A stretch of DNA of 26,393 nt. It comes from a virus (taxonomy: Duplodnaviria > Caudoviricetes). Positions 1 through 7,436 of the stretch are shown here, one piece after another. Made by a program: the position numbers and the translations under genes. The notes below the pieces were generated by a model. The model had not been told where the DNA came from. It did no database searches and worked only from the letters and a program-made list of their open reading frames with translations. Every line of letters begins with the position of its first letter. The stretch's first letter is position 1. The DNA is taken from IMG/VR virus record IMGVR_UViG_3300017747_004797, positions 1 to 26,393 of that record, one strand, 5' to 3'.

Positions 1-135
1 ATGTCTAGGCAAGATGGTTATTTTGACGATGTATACCGTGAAAACGATGATCTTACTGACGATGACAAAGAAGCCATGGGATACACACCATGTGAGGCAT
101 GTGGTGGATGGGAAGAAGAATGTATGTGTGACTAA
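1..135 (+). CDS. Small acidic hypothetical protein with C-terminal CxxC...CxC (44 aa; may extend upstream of the window)
   Basis: Translated by hand: MSRQDGYFDDVYRENDDLTDDDKEAMGYTPCEACGGWEEECMCD*, stop TAA at 133-135. Too short for the ORF track. Confidence 0.6.
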   Translation: MSRQDGYFDDVYRENDDLTDDDKEAMGYTPCEACGGWEEECMCD

Positions 136-140
136 TTACT

Positions 141-156
141 TACGGTATAATCCGTA
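141..156 (+). promoter_or_regulatory. Perfect -10 hexamer (TATAAT, 146-151) embedded in an inverted repeat TACGG-TATAAT-CCGTA; putative promoter/operator
   Basis: Read directly in an intergenic gap; no good -35 at 16-18 bp spacing. Confidence 0.5.
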
Positions 157-171
157 GGGATTTATTCACAC

Positions 172-214
172 TTTGTGGAGCCTGAATTACACTTTAGGCT
201 CCACAAACTTTTTT
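172..214 (+). terminator. Rho-independent terminator / attenuator hairpin
   Basis: Perfect 12-bp stem TTTGTGGAGCCT (172-183) / AGGCTCCACAAA (196-207) followed by CTTTTTT. Confidence 0.75.
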
Positions 215-227
215 ACTAAGGAAAATT

Positions 228-632
228 ATGTTAGAGAATTTAATTGAATTGATTGACAAGATGTCACAAACCAGTGAGTACCGTGATGGCTGGAAAGAGA
301 TCGAGCCAACCATTGGAGTCAATCATATAGTCACGCTCAACTGGCCCAAGTTCAGGCTTAAATTGGTCTCGTTTAAAATGCCACACAACTGGGATGGTGC
401 TGTTGAATCAGCTGAGCGTATTGTTCCCTTAGACACTTTGTATGTAGATGATAATGATGTTATTCACTGGAAGACTAAAGCTAATGCCGAGTTGCTAGAT
501 TGGGACAACATGGAACGTGCATTGGTAGTAGACATTGTAGATAGATTTCTGGCTGGAGAGTGGACTCCACCATGGAAGTGTGGGTTCTGTGCATCTAGGC
601 ATAACGGGTCTATGAAACCACGATGGAAATAA
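228..632 (+). CDS. Hypothetical phage protein, C-terminal CxxC (CGFC)
   Basis: 134-aa ORF; AAGGA Shine-Dalgarno at 218-222. Confidence 0.75.
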   Translation: MLENLIELIDKMSQTSEYRDGWKEIEPTIGVNHIVTLNWPKFRLKLVSFKMPHNWDGAVESAERIVPLDTLYVDDNDVIHWKTKANAELLDWDNMERALVVDIVDRFLAGEWTPPWKCGFCASRHNGSMKPRWK

Positions 633-1177
633 AGCGACCGTGGCGGGTTGCTTTCTATTACGTCAAGTGGAACAACAATGTCTTGTACATGCAATCTCGT
701 ATTGCAGCCATTATGATTTTCAAAGAGTGGGCATCTGCTGCTTGCAAACAATCAGGAGAACAGATTGTTGAGGTAGGCGGAGTCGCTAAACCTTACATGC
801 AGAAAATTATGAACTCACAAGACATTGTTAGCCTACTGAATGGCGGTTGGGATTACTTTGTTGTTAGTAGGACAACAATCAATGACGGAGTAATCACACG
901 AACATATACAGATCCAAAATATAAATCAGTTCACAATCATTGCAATAAATTGCGCATACAAGGTGTTTACTTTAATAACACAATGCGCAAAGCATTAAGT
1001 TATGTGTGCAGTAACTATGACCTAATCGAATTATGTTTCCGCACTCCATCACCTAATGTGTATGAAGCAATGATCAAGTTAATACCGGAAGGAGATTTAC
1101 CTAACAAAGACCTTATTGTTAAATATGCAAGGAATATCTTTTATGTCATGCGTAAACCGTACCGCAAAACCAAATGA
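623..1177 (+). CDS. Hypothetical phage protein
   Basis: 184-aa ORF overlapping the previous gene by 10 nt, same orientation as the operon. Confidence 0.7.
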   Translation: MEIKRPWRVAFYYVKWNNNVLYMQSRIAAIMIFKEWASAACKQSGEQIVEVGGVAKPYMQKIMNSQDIVSLLNGGWDYFVVSRTTINDGVITRTYTDPKYKSVHNHCNKLRIQGVYFNNTMRKALSYVCSNYDLIELCFRTPSPNVYEAMIKLIPEGDLPNKDLIVKYARNIFYVMRKPYRKTK

Positions 1178-1313
1178 GCGTCGGCCTTGCGATTGTTTGA
1201 AATGTTACATCAGATACCACAGAGAAGAGCTTGAAGATAATGCATCTACTATCTTGAGCTTTGTTATGATATTTGTTCTTATATGGCTAGATCGAACATT
1301 CCTCTCAAAGTAA
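1143..1313 (+). CDS. Small hypothetical membrane protein with CxCxxC motif and one TM helix
   Basis: Fills the gap between neighbours. From ATG 1143: MSCVNRTAKPNERRPCDCLKC...TILSFVMIFVLIWL. Start uncertain (track starts at 1116). Confidence 0.45.
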   Translation: MSCVNRTAKPNERRPCDCLKCYIRYHREELEDNASTILSFVMIFVLIWLDRTFLSK

Positions 1314-1702
1314 CTGAAGCGTCTATACAGAACCAGTCCGTTGCATTACTGAAAGCACTAGGCTACAGAGTAATGGAAACTGGCAAGTCTAGATCAAAAC
1401 AGAGATGTAAAACGTGTGGAACACAATCGTATGCTACTGGATGGCAAGGCAACACTGTTGGTTTGCCAGACATGTATATACACAGTATTCAATGGCCAAG
1501 AGGCGTAGCCCTTGCGATTGAAATGAAAACAATGAAAGGTGCAATAAGACCAGAACAATTAGAACTAGCCGAGCAAGGCTTAATCAACATATGCAGAAGC
1601 ACGTTGTGTGTGCTTCAAACTGTAGAAAAATACGAACAATCTATTTGTAATGAAATACAAGTAGAACGAATAAGAAAGATAATAGACATCAATGGCATTT
1701 GA
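1283..1702 (+). CDS. VRR-NUC (PD-(D/E)xK) nuclease, probable Holliday junction resolvase
   Basis: TEASIQ...LLKALGY...GLPDM...LAIEMKTMKGAIRPEQ matches the VRR-NUC pattern E-x-x-I-Q / G-x-P-D / E-x-K / G-x-x-x-x-x-Q; has a CKTC insertion. Confidence 0.85.
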   Translation: MARSNIPLKVTEASIQNQSVALLKALGYRVMETGKSRSKQRCKTCGTQSYATGWQGNTVGLPDMYIHSIQWPRGVALAIEMKTMKGAIRPEQLELAEQGLINICRSTLCVLQTVEKYEQSICNEIQVERIRKIIDINGI

Positions 1703-2330
1703 AAGCCCCTGTTCATTGGAATATATGGACACCGTAATACCTTTTAACCTAGACCATCTTGGATGGATTGCAATTCAAGACAATGGCTCCCAAGACGTTA
1801 TGTGCGTAGAAGGACACAATGGATACTCCTTTGTGTTCTATGATGACACAGAGGAACTACTACGTGAGTCAATCAAGTCTTACGTGACTGATGTTAACTA
1901 CTTAGTTAAACGTGTATCACTACTCGAAATACTTCACAGCTGGCGAGCAATGGTGTATAAAGGCGAACGCCAACTAATCATGGGTTGCAAGAACTACTTG
2001 TGTGACACAGCGTTGTCTTCTCCGGCTGGCATGCTGTATCCGCATGCATTCAATCTAATAAGTTATCTAGTAGATGCATCAGGTAATGCATTGACAGATG
2101 AGTGGGGTTCATTGATATGTGCTGGGTCACCTACTCGTCTTATCCAATCAGCATGTTATGACAAAAACGAGTTACTCTTGAGTGTCTATGGCAACAAGAC
2201 GCAAATTAAAACAGAGCCACTAATCTTCATTGCCAAGCATTACAAATCAGTGTTCTGCGAAGGCTTCACCTGCAATGTGCCATTAGCACTTGCTCACTCT
2301 TATCACGCAAGGAATTCAAAGAATGTTTAA
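1692..2330 (+). CDS. Hypothetical phage protein
   Basis: 212-aa ORF overlapping both neighbours by a few nt. Confidence 0.75.
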   Translation: MAFESPCSLEYMDTVIPFNLDHLGWIAIQDNGSQDVMCVEGHNGYSFVFYDDTEELLRESIKSYVTDVNYLVKRVSLLEILHSWRAMVYKGERQLIMGCKNYLCDTALSSPAGMLYPHAFNLISYLVDASGNALTDEWGSLICAGSPTRLIQSACYDKNELLLSVYGNKTQIKTEPLIFIAKHYKSVFCEGFTCNVPLALAHSYHARNSKNV

Positions 2331-2907
2331 TCCACGAGAGCATTTCATCAACCTTAAAGGCAAGCAGTACTTGCCAGTCGCAGCTCGTATCGCTTGGTTT
2401 AGAGAAGACCATGTAGATTGGACGATCAATACATATCCAGTACCCGAACTTTCGGGTGCTGACTACTGTACATTTGCAGCAGAGATTCTTGACGATGAAG
2501 GCAAGTTAATTGCCAAAGCACACAAAACCGAACACGAAAAGCACTTTGCTGATTATCGTGAGAAGGCAGAGACAGGTGCTATCGGTCGCGCTCTTGCATT
2601 ATGTGGTTATGGCACATTGTTTGCCCAAGAGCTTGAAGAGCCTATTACTCCAGCTGGCGACATGCGTATTGTAGATGCACCACAGCCAAGTAAAGCTCCT
2701 GCCCTCACACCGGGCAAGCAGTTTGCCATGGAGTGTAAACGCATCTGGGGTGCTGGTATTACACCTTCAGATATGAAGCGTGTGTTCTTCAAACTGGCAG
2801 GGCATAACGACACTAGTGACGAGAACCTCAAGTTAGTGATCGAAGTATTGATGGGATTCAACACACCGGAAGAAGCAGAGTCGGTGTTTTTAACAGAGGA
2901 GGGCTAA
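2323..2907 (+). CDS. Putative single-strand annealing protein (Rad52/Sak-like phage recombinase)
   Basis: KGKQYLPVAARIAWFR and EKAETGAIGRALALCGYG resemble phage annealase-type motifs. ATG 2323 is preceded by AAGGA (2309-2313), preferred over the TTG at 2290. Adjacent to a Gam-like gene. Confidence 0.6.
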   Translation: MFNPREHFINLKGKQYLPVAARIAWFREDHVDWTINTYPVPELSGADYCTFAAEILDDEGKLIAKAHKTEHEKHFADYREKAETGAIGRALALCGYGTLFAQELEEPITPAGDMRIVDAPQPSKAPALTPGKQFAMECKRIWGAGITPSDMKRVFFKLAGHNDTSDENLKLVIEVLMGFNTPEEAESVFLTEEG

Positions 2908-3465
2908 ATGGATACAAGTAAGTTTGACGTTATCGGAGATAGTTACTATGACATCGAGACCGGCGAGTACGCTGGCCCTGTTGATGGCTGGCTTGGCGAA
3001 GAGTTAGCATCCGAGGCTGATGTGTTATTGGCTATGCAAAAGTTACTGCAGTACGAGACAGAACTAAAAGCACAACAGTTGTATACACAATCAGTAGCAG
3101 AGCGATGCAAGTCTATGGTCAAAGAGAAAGAACGCAAGGTTCAATGGTTGCAAGCACGTTACGGTGTACAAATTGCAGACTTTGCAAAGAAACAACTTAC
3201 CGGGAAGGCAAAGACGTGGAAGTGCCCATGGGGTCAGGTTTCATTCAGGAAACCATCTCCAGTGTTTTATATTGCTGAGGATGAGCGAGCTGTTGATCTT
3301 GTACCTAAAGAAGCCGTCAAGATTGAGTTGTCTATCTTAAAAAGCAAGATACCAAAAGAAGTACAACTGACTCTTGTAGAGGAGTATCCAGATGTGTTTA
3401 GTATGTCGGATCCAGATGAAACATTTAGTCTAAAGACGTTGACAGCAACTGATACCGAAGAGTAA
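2908..3465 (+). CDS. Mu Gam-like host-nuclease inhibitor / DNA end-binding protein (Gam or Gp157-like)
   Basis: Coiled-coil N-half followed by LTGKAKTWKCPWGQVSFRK, typical of Mu-Gam family proteins; GAGGAGG SD upstream. Confidence 0.7.
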   Translation: MDTSKFDVIGDSYYDIETGEYAGPVDGWLGEELASEADVLLAMQKLLQYETELKAQQLYTQSVAERCKSMVKEKERKVQWLQARYGVQIADFAKKQLTGKAKTWKCPWGQVSFRKPSPVFYIAEDERAVDLVPKEAVKIELSILKSKIPKEVQLTLVEEYPDVFSMSDPDETFSLKTLTATDTEE

Positions 3466-3468
3466 GAT
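3439..3468 (+). promoter_or_regulatory. Sigma70-type promoter TTGACA-N18-TAAGAT upstream of the LmbU/replication genes
   Basis: TTGACA at 3439-3444 and TAAGAT at 3463-3468; predicted start near 3474-3475. Confidence 0.55.
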
Positions 3469-3473
3469 TGACT

Positions 3474-3498
3474 GCTCCGTAACTATATTCAACGGAGC
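3474..3498. repeat. Inverted repeat GCTCCGT-N11-ACGGAGC (operator or 5' RNA hairpin)
   Basis: Perfect 7-bp arms at 3474-3480 and 3492-3498. Confidence 0.65.
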
Positions 3499-3511
3499 CA
3501 ACTACCAAATG

Positions 3512-3546
3512 AAGGGTCACGGACATCAACACCGTGGCCCTTTAAT
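3512..3546 (+). terminator. GC-rich hairpin with short U tract (weak terminator/attenuator)
   Basis: AAGGGTCACGG (3512-3522) / CCGTGGCCCTT (3532-3542), one G-U pair, followed by TAAT; 19 nt before the ATG at 3562. Confidence 0.55.
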
Positions 3547-3561
3547 ATCACAGGAAAATAT

Positions 3562-4176
3562 ATGAGTGACGAATTAGTTTACATAGGTAGTATCCCTGAC
3601 GCTGTAAGCGTCACTGACGTAGGGTTAGAGTTCAGAAAAGATATTGAATACGATCAGTGGTTGACACTGATGGCTACACTACAACAACTTTCTACAGCAT
3701 TTCAATTTGCAATTGGCGACGCACTTAACTACGGACAAAAACGATATGGCGAAAAATATGCGCAAGCTATGGACGCAACTGGGTGTGCTTATCAAAGCCT
3801 CGCTAACTGGAGTTGGGTGGCTAGTCATGTCCCTCTTGATAACAGGGTTGCTGGTCTTAGTTGGACTCATCACAGGCTTGTGGCGCATCTTGGAACTTCT
3901 GAGCAAAAGAATGTTCTAGAGTCAGCCAAATCACGTGGGATATCTGTCACCGAGTTTGAAAGGGAATTGAAAGGGGAAGAAGAAGAGAAGAAACCACTAA
4001 AGCAACTAAACATCCCTGAAGGTTGGACTGTTGAAGATGCTAACAAAGCATTAGAGATGCTCAGTTCATACAGCAAAGGGCTTGAAAGACTAGCTGCAGC
4101 ACTAGATGCTGAAGACAATACAACAAATGAAAATGAAGTGCAGAGATACTGCGCTGAATGTCCATATAACAATTAA
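3562..4176 (+). CDS. LmbU-family-like transcriptional regulator / DNA-binding protein
   Basis: FAIGDALNYGQKRYGEKYAQAMDATGCAYQSLANWSWVA...RVAGLSWTHHRLVAHL..EQ..VLE parallels the LmbU pattern as I recall it (W.GDWL.YG...Y...Y......G..YQTL.NYAWVA......R...LSF.HH..VA); AGGA SD. Confidence 0.75.
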   Translation: MSDELVYIGSIPDAVSVTDVGLEFRKDIEYDQWLTLMATLQQLSTAFQFAIGDALNYGQKRYGEKYAQAMDATGCAYQSLANWSWVASHVPLDNRVAGLSWTHHRLVAHLGTSEQKNVLESAKSRGISVTEFERELKGEEEEKKPLKQLNIPEGWTVEDANKALEMLSSYSKGLERLAAALDAEDNTTNENEVQRYCAECPYNN

Positions 4177-4187
4177 GAGGTAAAGGC

Positions 4188-4892
4188 ATGATTACCGTAT
4201 TCAATGGCAAGTCATTCGGCTTGTCAGGTGAGCGTTCGTCTGGATTTGTACAGGTCGAACGTCTACTTGTTGACCACATTAAAACGTTTACTCCATCTGG
4301 GTTTGTCGTGTTCATGGCTCTGGTTATGCACGTAGACGACAATGGATACTGCTGGCCAAGCATCAAACGACTTGTTGAATGCACAGGTCTATCGGAGACT
4401 ACTGTCAAGACTGCACTGCATTACTTGACAGGTATGAGGATAAACGACAAGCGCATCCTTGCAGTCAATCCTAGAACTTCTCCTAATGGGAGAACAACGA
4501 GCAATGGATACAAACTGTTCCCAGACTCTATTGACCACAACGCCGATGTCACCGTTGTAACTGCGGGGTCAACTAAAGCAGAGAAAGCTAAGGAGGAAGA
4601 TCCAGCATATCCACTGTACAAGACATTTAAGCAAACCGTATCTGGCTTTAATCCTGAAGCACCTATTACCGATAAGGAATGGAAAAGTGTACGCCTGACT
4701 ATCTGGGAGATGCACAAAGCAGGTGTAACACATGATGACGTGAAAGAGCGAGTCAAGGTTTTACTGGGTAAGTGGTATCAAAACCAAGATATGATTACGG
4801 TTCGCTCATTATGGAGGCACTGGGACACACATGCTAAGCCAAAGCAAACTACAAGCAATGTGAATACAACAGTAGAGGAGTGGTTTAAATGA
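4188..4892 (+). CDS. Phage replication initiator, N-terminal winged HTH (HTH_36-like)
   Basis: VFMALVMHVDDNGYCWPSIKRLVECTGLSETTVKTALHYL...SNGY; directly upstream of loader and DnaB; GAGGT SD. Confidence 0.85.
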   Translation: MITVFNGKSFGLSGERSSGFVQVERLLVDHIKTFTPSGFVVFMALVMHVDDNGYCWPSIKRLVECTGLSETTVKTALHYLTGMRINDKRILAVNPRTSPNGRTTSNGYKLFPDSIDHNADVTVVTAGSTKAEKAKEEDPAYPLYKTFKQTVSGFNPEAPITDKEWKSVRLTIWEMHKAGVTHDDVKERVKVLLGKWYQNQDMITVRSLWRHWDTHAKPKQTTSNVNTTVEEWFK

Positions 4893-5323
4893 CAGCAACA
4901 GATAAGTTATTGGCAGTTCTTTCGCAACTACCTAGTTCAATCCAATGGAATGATACAAGTCAGACTGTTTACCGAGTAGCCATAGTTGGACTCAATGATG
5001 ATGAGATTACTTATGGAATTAGGCGGATACTTACAAGAGCTAAGTTTCGCCCGACACCATCAGAAGTATTGTTGGCAATAGCGATTACAAAGTACGGCGA
5101 CTTTCCACCACAGTCAGTTACGCATGAAATCGCTGATGCTATACGGCTAGGTACTCCAACACATAAACTTCATCCGACTATTCAAATGGTTATCGGTAAG
5201 ACTGGTGGGTTGAAAGCGTGGAGGGTAGAGCCACCAGTCAAAGGCCAACAACTACAGGAAGTAATCAATGACGTTTTATTGATAAGGATAACGGAACACA
5301 TAGATGAGCAACGCGCCGACTAA
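4889..5323 (+). CDS. Putative helicase loader (SPP1 G39P / lambda P-like)
   Basis: KFRPTPSEV (F-x-P-x-P-x-E) motif; lies between initiator and DnaB; ATGA overlap. Confidence 0.6.
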   Translation: MTATDKLLAVLSQLPSSIQWNDTSQTVYRVAIVGLNDDEITYGIRRILTRAKFRPTPSEVLLAIAITKYGDFPPQSVTHEIADAIRLGTPTHKLHPTIQMVIGKTGGLKAWRVEPPVKGQQLQEVINDVLLIRITEHIDEQRAD

Positions 5324-6683
5324 AAGTTTAGGCTTTAATATCGAGATCCCATCGGACGTTATGAGTGAGCAATCACTCATAGCGTCTGTTCTTCTTGGTG
5401 GTAAGAAACTCTTCAAGAGCCTCTCGCACATCAACAAGGGAATGTTCTACAGGGTCGCTCACAGCCTCATATGGGAGGCTTATACGGCCATTGACGCATC
5501 TGGTCAAGACATAGACATTGTGACCGTAAATGAGGAGCTAACGAAGCGCAATGCCCTAGAAGCATGTGGTGGTCTTGCGTACATCATGCAATGTGCTGAG
5601 TTGTTACCTACTACAGCAAACTACGAGAGTTACGTCAAGCTAGTCATTGACTACCATCGACGCAGGGAGATTATTTTTTCATCAGAGTTGGCAAGTAAGA
5701 AGGCATCTGACTGCGACACAGACATCGATCAAATCGTAGCCGATTTAAATAACTCTGTTTCATTCACTGTATCCGGAAGCACGACTGACGATTTATCGAA
5801 ATTAATATTGTCGGCATCCAACGCAGCCATCAGCAGGGAGCAAGATGAAACAACATTTAGTGTTCCTAGTGGTTATGAGGAAGTAGACTCTGTAACAGGA
5901 GGATGGCGTAATGGAGAGTTAATCATCATCGGTGGACGACCTTCTATGGGTAAGTCTAGTCTTGGTTTGCAATACGCTTGGAACGCCGCTCGTTACATGC
6001 GTAATCTAGATGAGAAGGTCGGAGTATTGATCGTGAGTGCTGAGATGTCCAAGGATATGGTTACAGCACGTATGTTGTCGATCTACAGTGAAGTAGACAG
6101 CCAAGTTATTCAGACTAAGAAGTTGAATAACTACCAGAAGGATAAGTTACAGCTTGTAGCTCAGGAGGCTAAGTCACTTCATGTTAGGATTGTCGCAGAT
6201 AAAACTGTCACCCTTGGAGGAATCCGTGACGCAATTAGAGATACCCAAAAGTCATTTAATGTTGGCTTGGTGGTTGTTGATTACTTACAGATGATCGCAA
6301 TGCCATCAGCCTACAAATCTGAAAGCAGGACACGTGACATCGGTGTTATCAGTCGTGGGCTGAAGGATATTGCTCGTGAGTACCAATGTCCTGTCATTGC
6401 ACTATCTAGTCTATCTAGGGCTGTAGAGCAACGGCAGGACAAGCGACCAATGATGTCAGACTTGAGAGAATCTGGAGATATTGAGTCGGATGCCGATGTC
6501 ATACAATTCATCTATCGAGCTGGCTATTATGAGCGTGGTCAAGATGGAGAGCAAGATGACGAGGACAAGGCAGAGGTCATAACTGCAAAAAACAGAAACG
6601 GGAGAACTGGTATCAGCTTACTCACGTTCCAAACTAAATTCGCTCGTTTCAGTGAGTTTAGCTTAGGTGCTTTTGACCTTTAG
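5304..6683 (+). CDS. dnaB: Replicative DNA helicase DnaB
   Basis: N-terminal EQSLIASVL / FYRVAH; Walker A GGRPSMGKSS; SAEMS; VVVDYLQM; LSRAVEQRQDKRPMMSDLRESGDIESDAD; AKNRNGRTG. Confidence 0.98.
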   Translation: MSNAPTKSLGFNIEIPSDVMSEQSLIASVLLGGKKLFKSLSHINKGMFYRVAHSLIWEAYTAIDASGQDIDIVTVNEELTKRNALEACGGLAYIMQCAELLPTTANYESYVKLVIDYHRRREIIFSSELASKKASDCDTDIDQIVADLNNSVSFTVSGSTTDDLSKLILSASNAAISREQDETTFSVPSGYEEVDSVTGGWRNGELIIIGGRPSMGKSSLGLQYAWNAARYMRNLDEKVGVLIVSAEMSKDMVTARMLSIYSEVDSQVIQTKKLNNYQKDKLQLVAQEAKSLHVRIVADKTVTLGGIRDAIRDTQKSFNVGLVVVDYLQMIAMPSAYKSESRTRDIGVISRGLKDIAREYQCPVIALSSLSRAVEQRQDKRPMMSDLRESGDIESDADVIQFIYRAGYYERGQDGEQDDEDKAEVITAKNRNGRTGISLLTFQTKFARFSEFSLGAFDL

Positions 6684-7436
6684 ATAGACCTTTTTCTGAT
6701 CACTATTGGGAATACAATCAAGATTAAAACTACGAGCAATATCTCGTATGGCTGCATACGATTTACCATCTCGTAAAATGCACTGAAGGGCCAGTGGTTT
6801 GCCATCGTAAACTGGCCCGTCTTCCCAAGATAGTGCATCGTCAGACCCAGCAACAAGCCTGACAAAATCCCGGACAGGAGCGTACGTCTTTCCATTTTGT
6901 AAAAATGCATTGATATGTTTGTCTCCGTATACGATCTTCCAGTCAGTGCCTTCTAAGATTAATCCCCATGGATTAATAAAGAACACGTTGTCGCGATTAC
7001 GACCAGCATATACATTTTCACGTTTAGCTACCATGAAGCCATTACGGCTACCGTTGTTGTTACTATTACCCTCAATTGACATCAAGGTTCCTGCTTCAGA
7101 GTAACCTGCGACAATACCGATGTGATAAGCATCGTTGTTAGAAACCAAAAGAACAATGTCACCCGGTCTACCTTTGGACGAGATGCATTTATGCTTCTTA
7201 GCACTAGCAAGCCATACGTCACAATCTGCACTAAAACACAGAGGCCAATCATTACCACCTTGAGTCTCCCACTCCATAGCCACTGCGCTAACAAAAGAAG
7301 CGCACCAAAAGCTACCTAAAGGAGCATTGACCATAGTGTTCCATCGATCAATCAGTGGCCCCCGATTGCTACCTACAGGACTTTCTGTCACATTGATGTA
7401 CTTAGTAGCGATATCTAAGAATAATTCTTTACTCAT
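6663..7436 (-). CDS. CHAP-family peptidoglycan amidase (endolysin) with C-terminal copper-amine-oxidase-N ('stalk')-like repeats
   Basis: E..GSNRGP.ID, WCASFV (catalytic Cys), HIGIV (His), IEGNS. C-terminal duplicated NGKTYAPVRDF / DGKSYAAIRDI...KKVYL resembles PF07833. Confidence 0.88.
   Translation of the reverse strand: MSKELFLDIATKYINVTESPVGSNRGPLIDRWNTMVNAPLGSFWCASFVSAVAMEWETQGGNDWPLCFSADCDVWLASAKKHKCISSKGRPGDIVLLVSNNDAYHIGIVAGYSEAGTLMSIEGNSNNNGSRNGFMVAKRENVYAGRNRDNVFFINPWGLILEGTDWKIVYGDKHINAFLQNGKTYAPVRDFVRLVAGSDDALSWEDGPVYDGKPLALQCILRDGKSYAAIRDIARSFNLDCIPNSDQKKVYLKVKST

Noticed and set aside
4500-4700. Iteron-type replication origin inside the initiator gene
   Set aside because: Expected by analogy with lambda O, but no direct-repeat array or AT-rich tract is visible.
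464-6511. Antisense and alternative-frame ORFs in the early module (464-751, 2607-2864, 3707-3919, 3870-4172, 4421-4756 and others)
   Set aside because: They overlap well-supported + strand genes and have no independent evidence.
7082-7294. Second hydrophobic ORF nested in the lysin gene
   Set aside because: Non-ATG start, overlaps the constrained catalytic domain, and hydrophobicity is explained by the +1-frame artefact.
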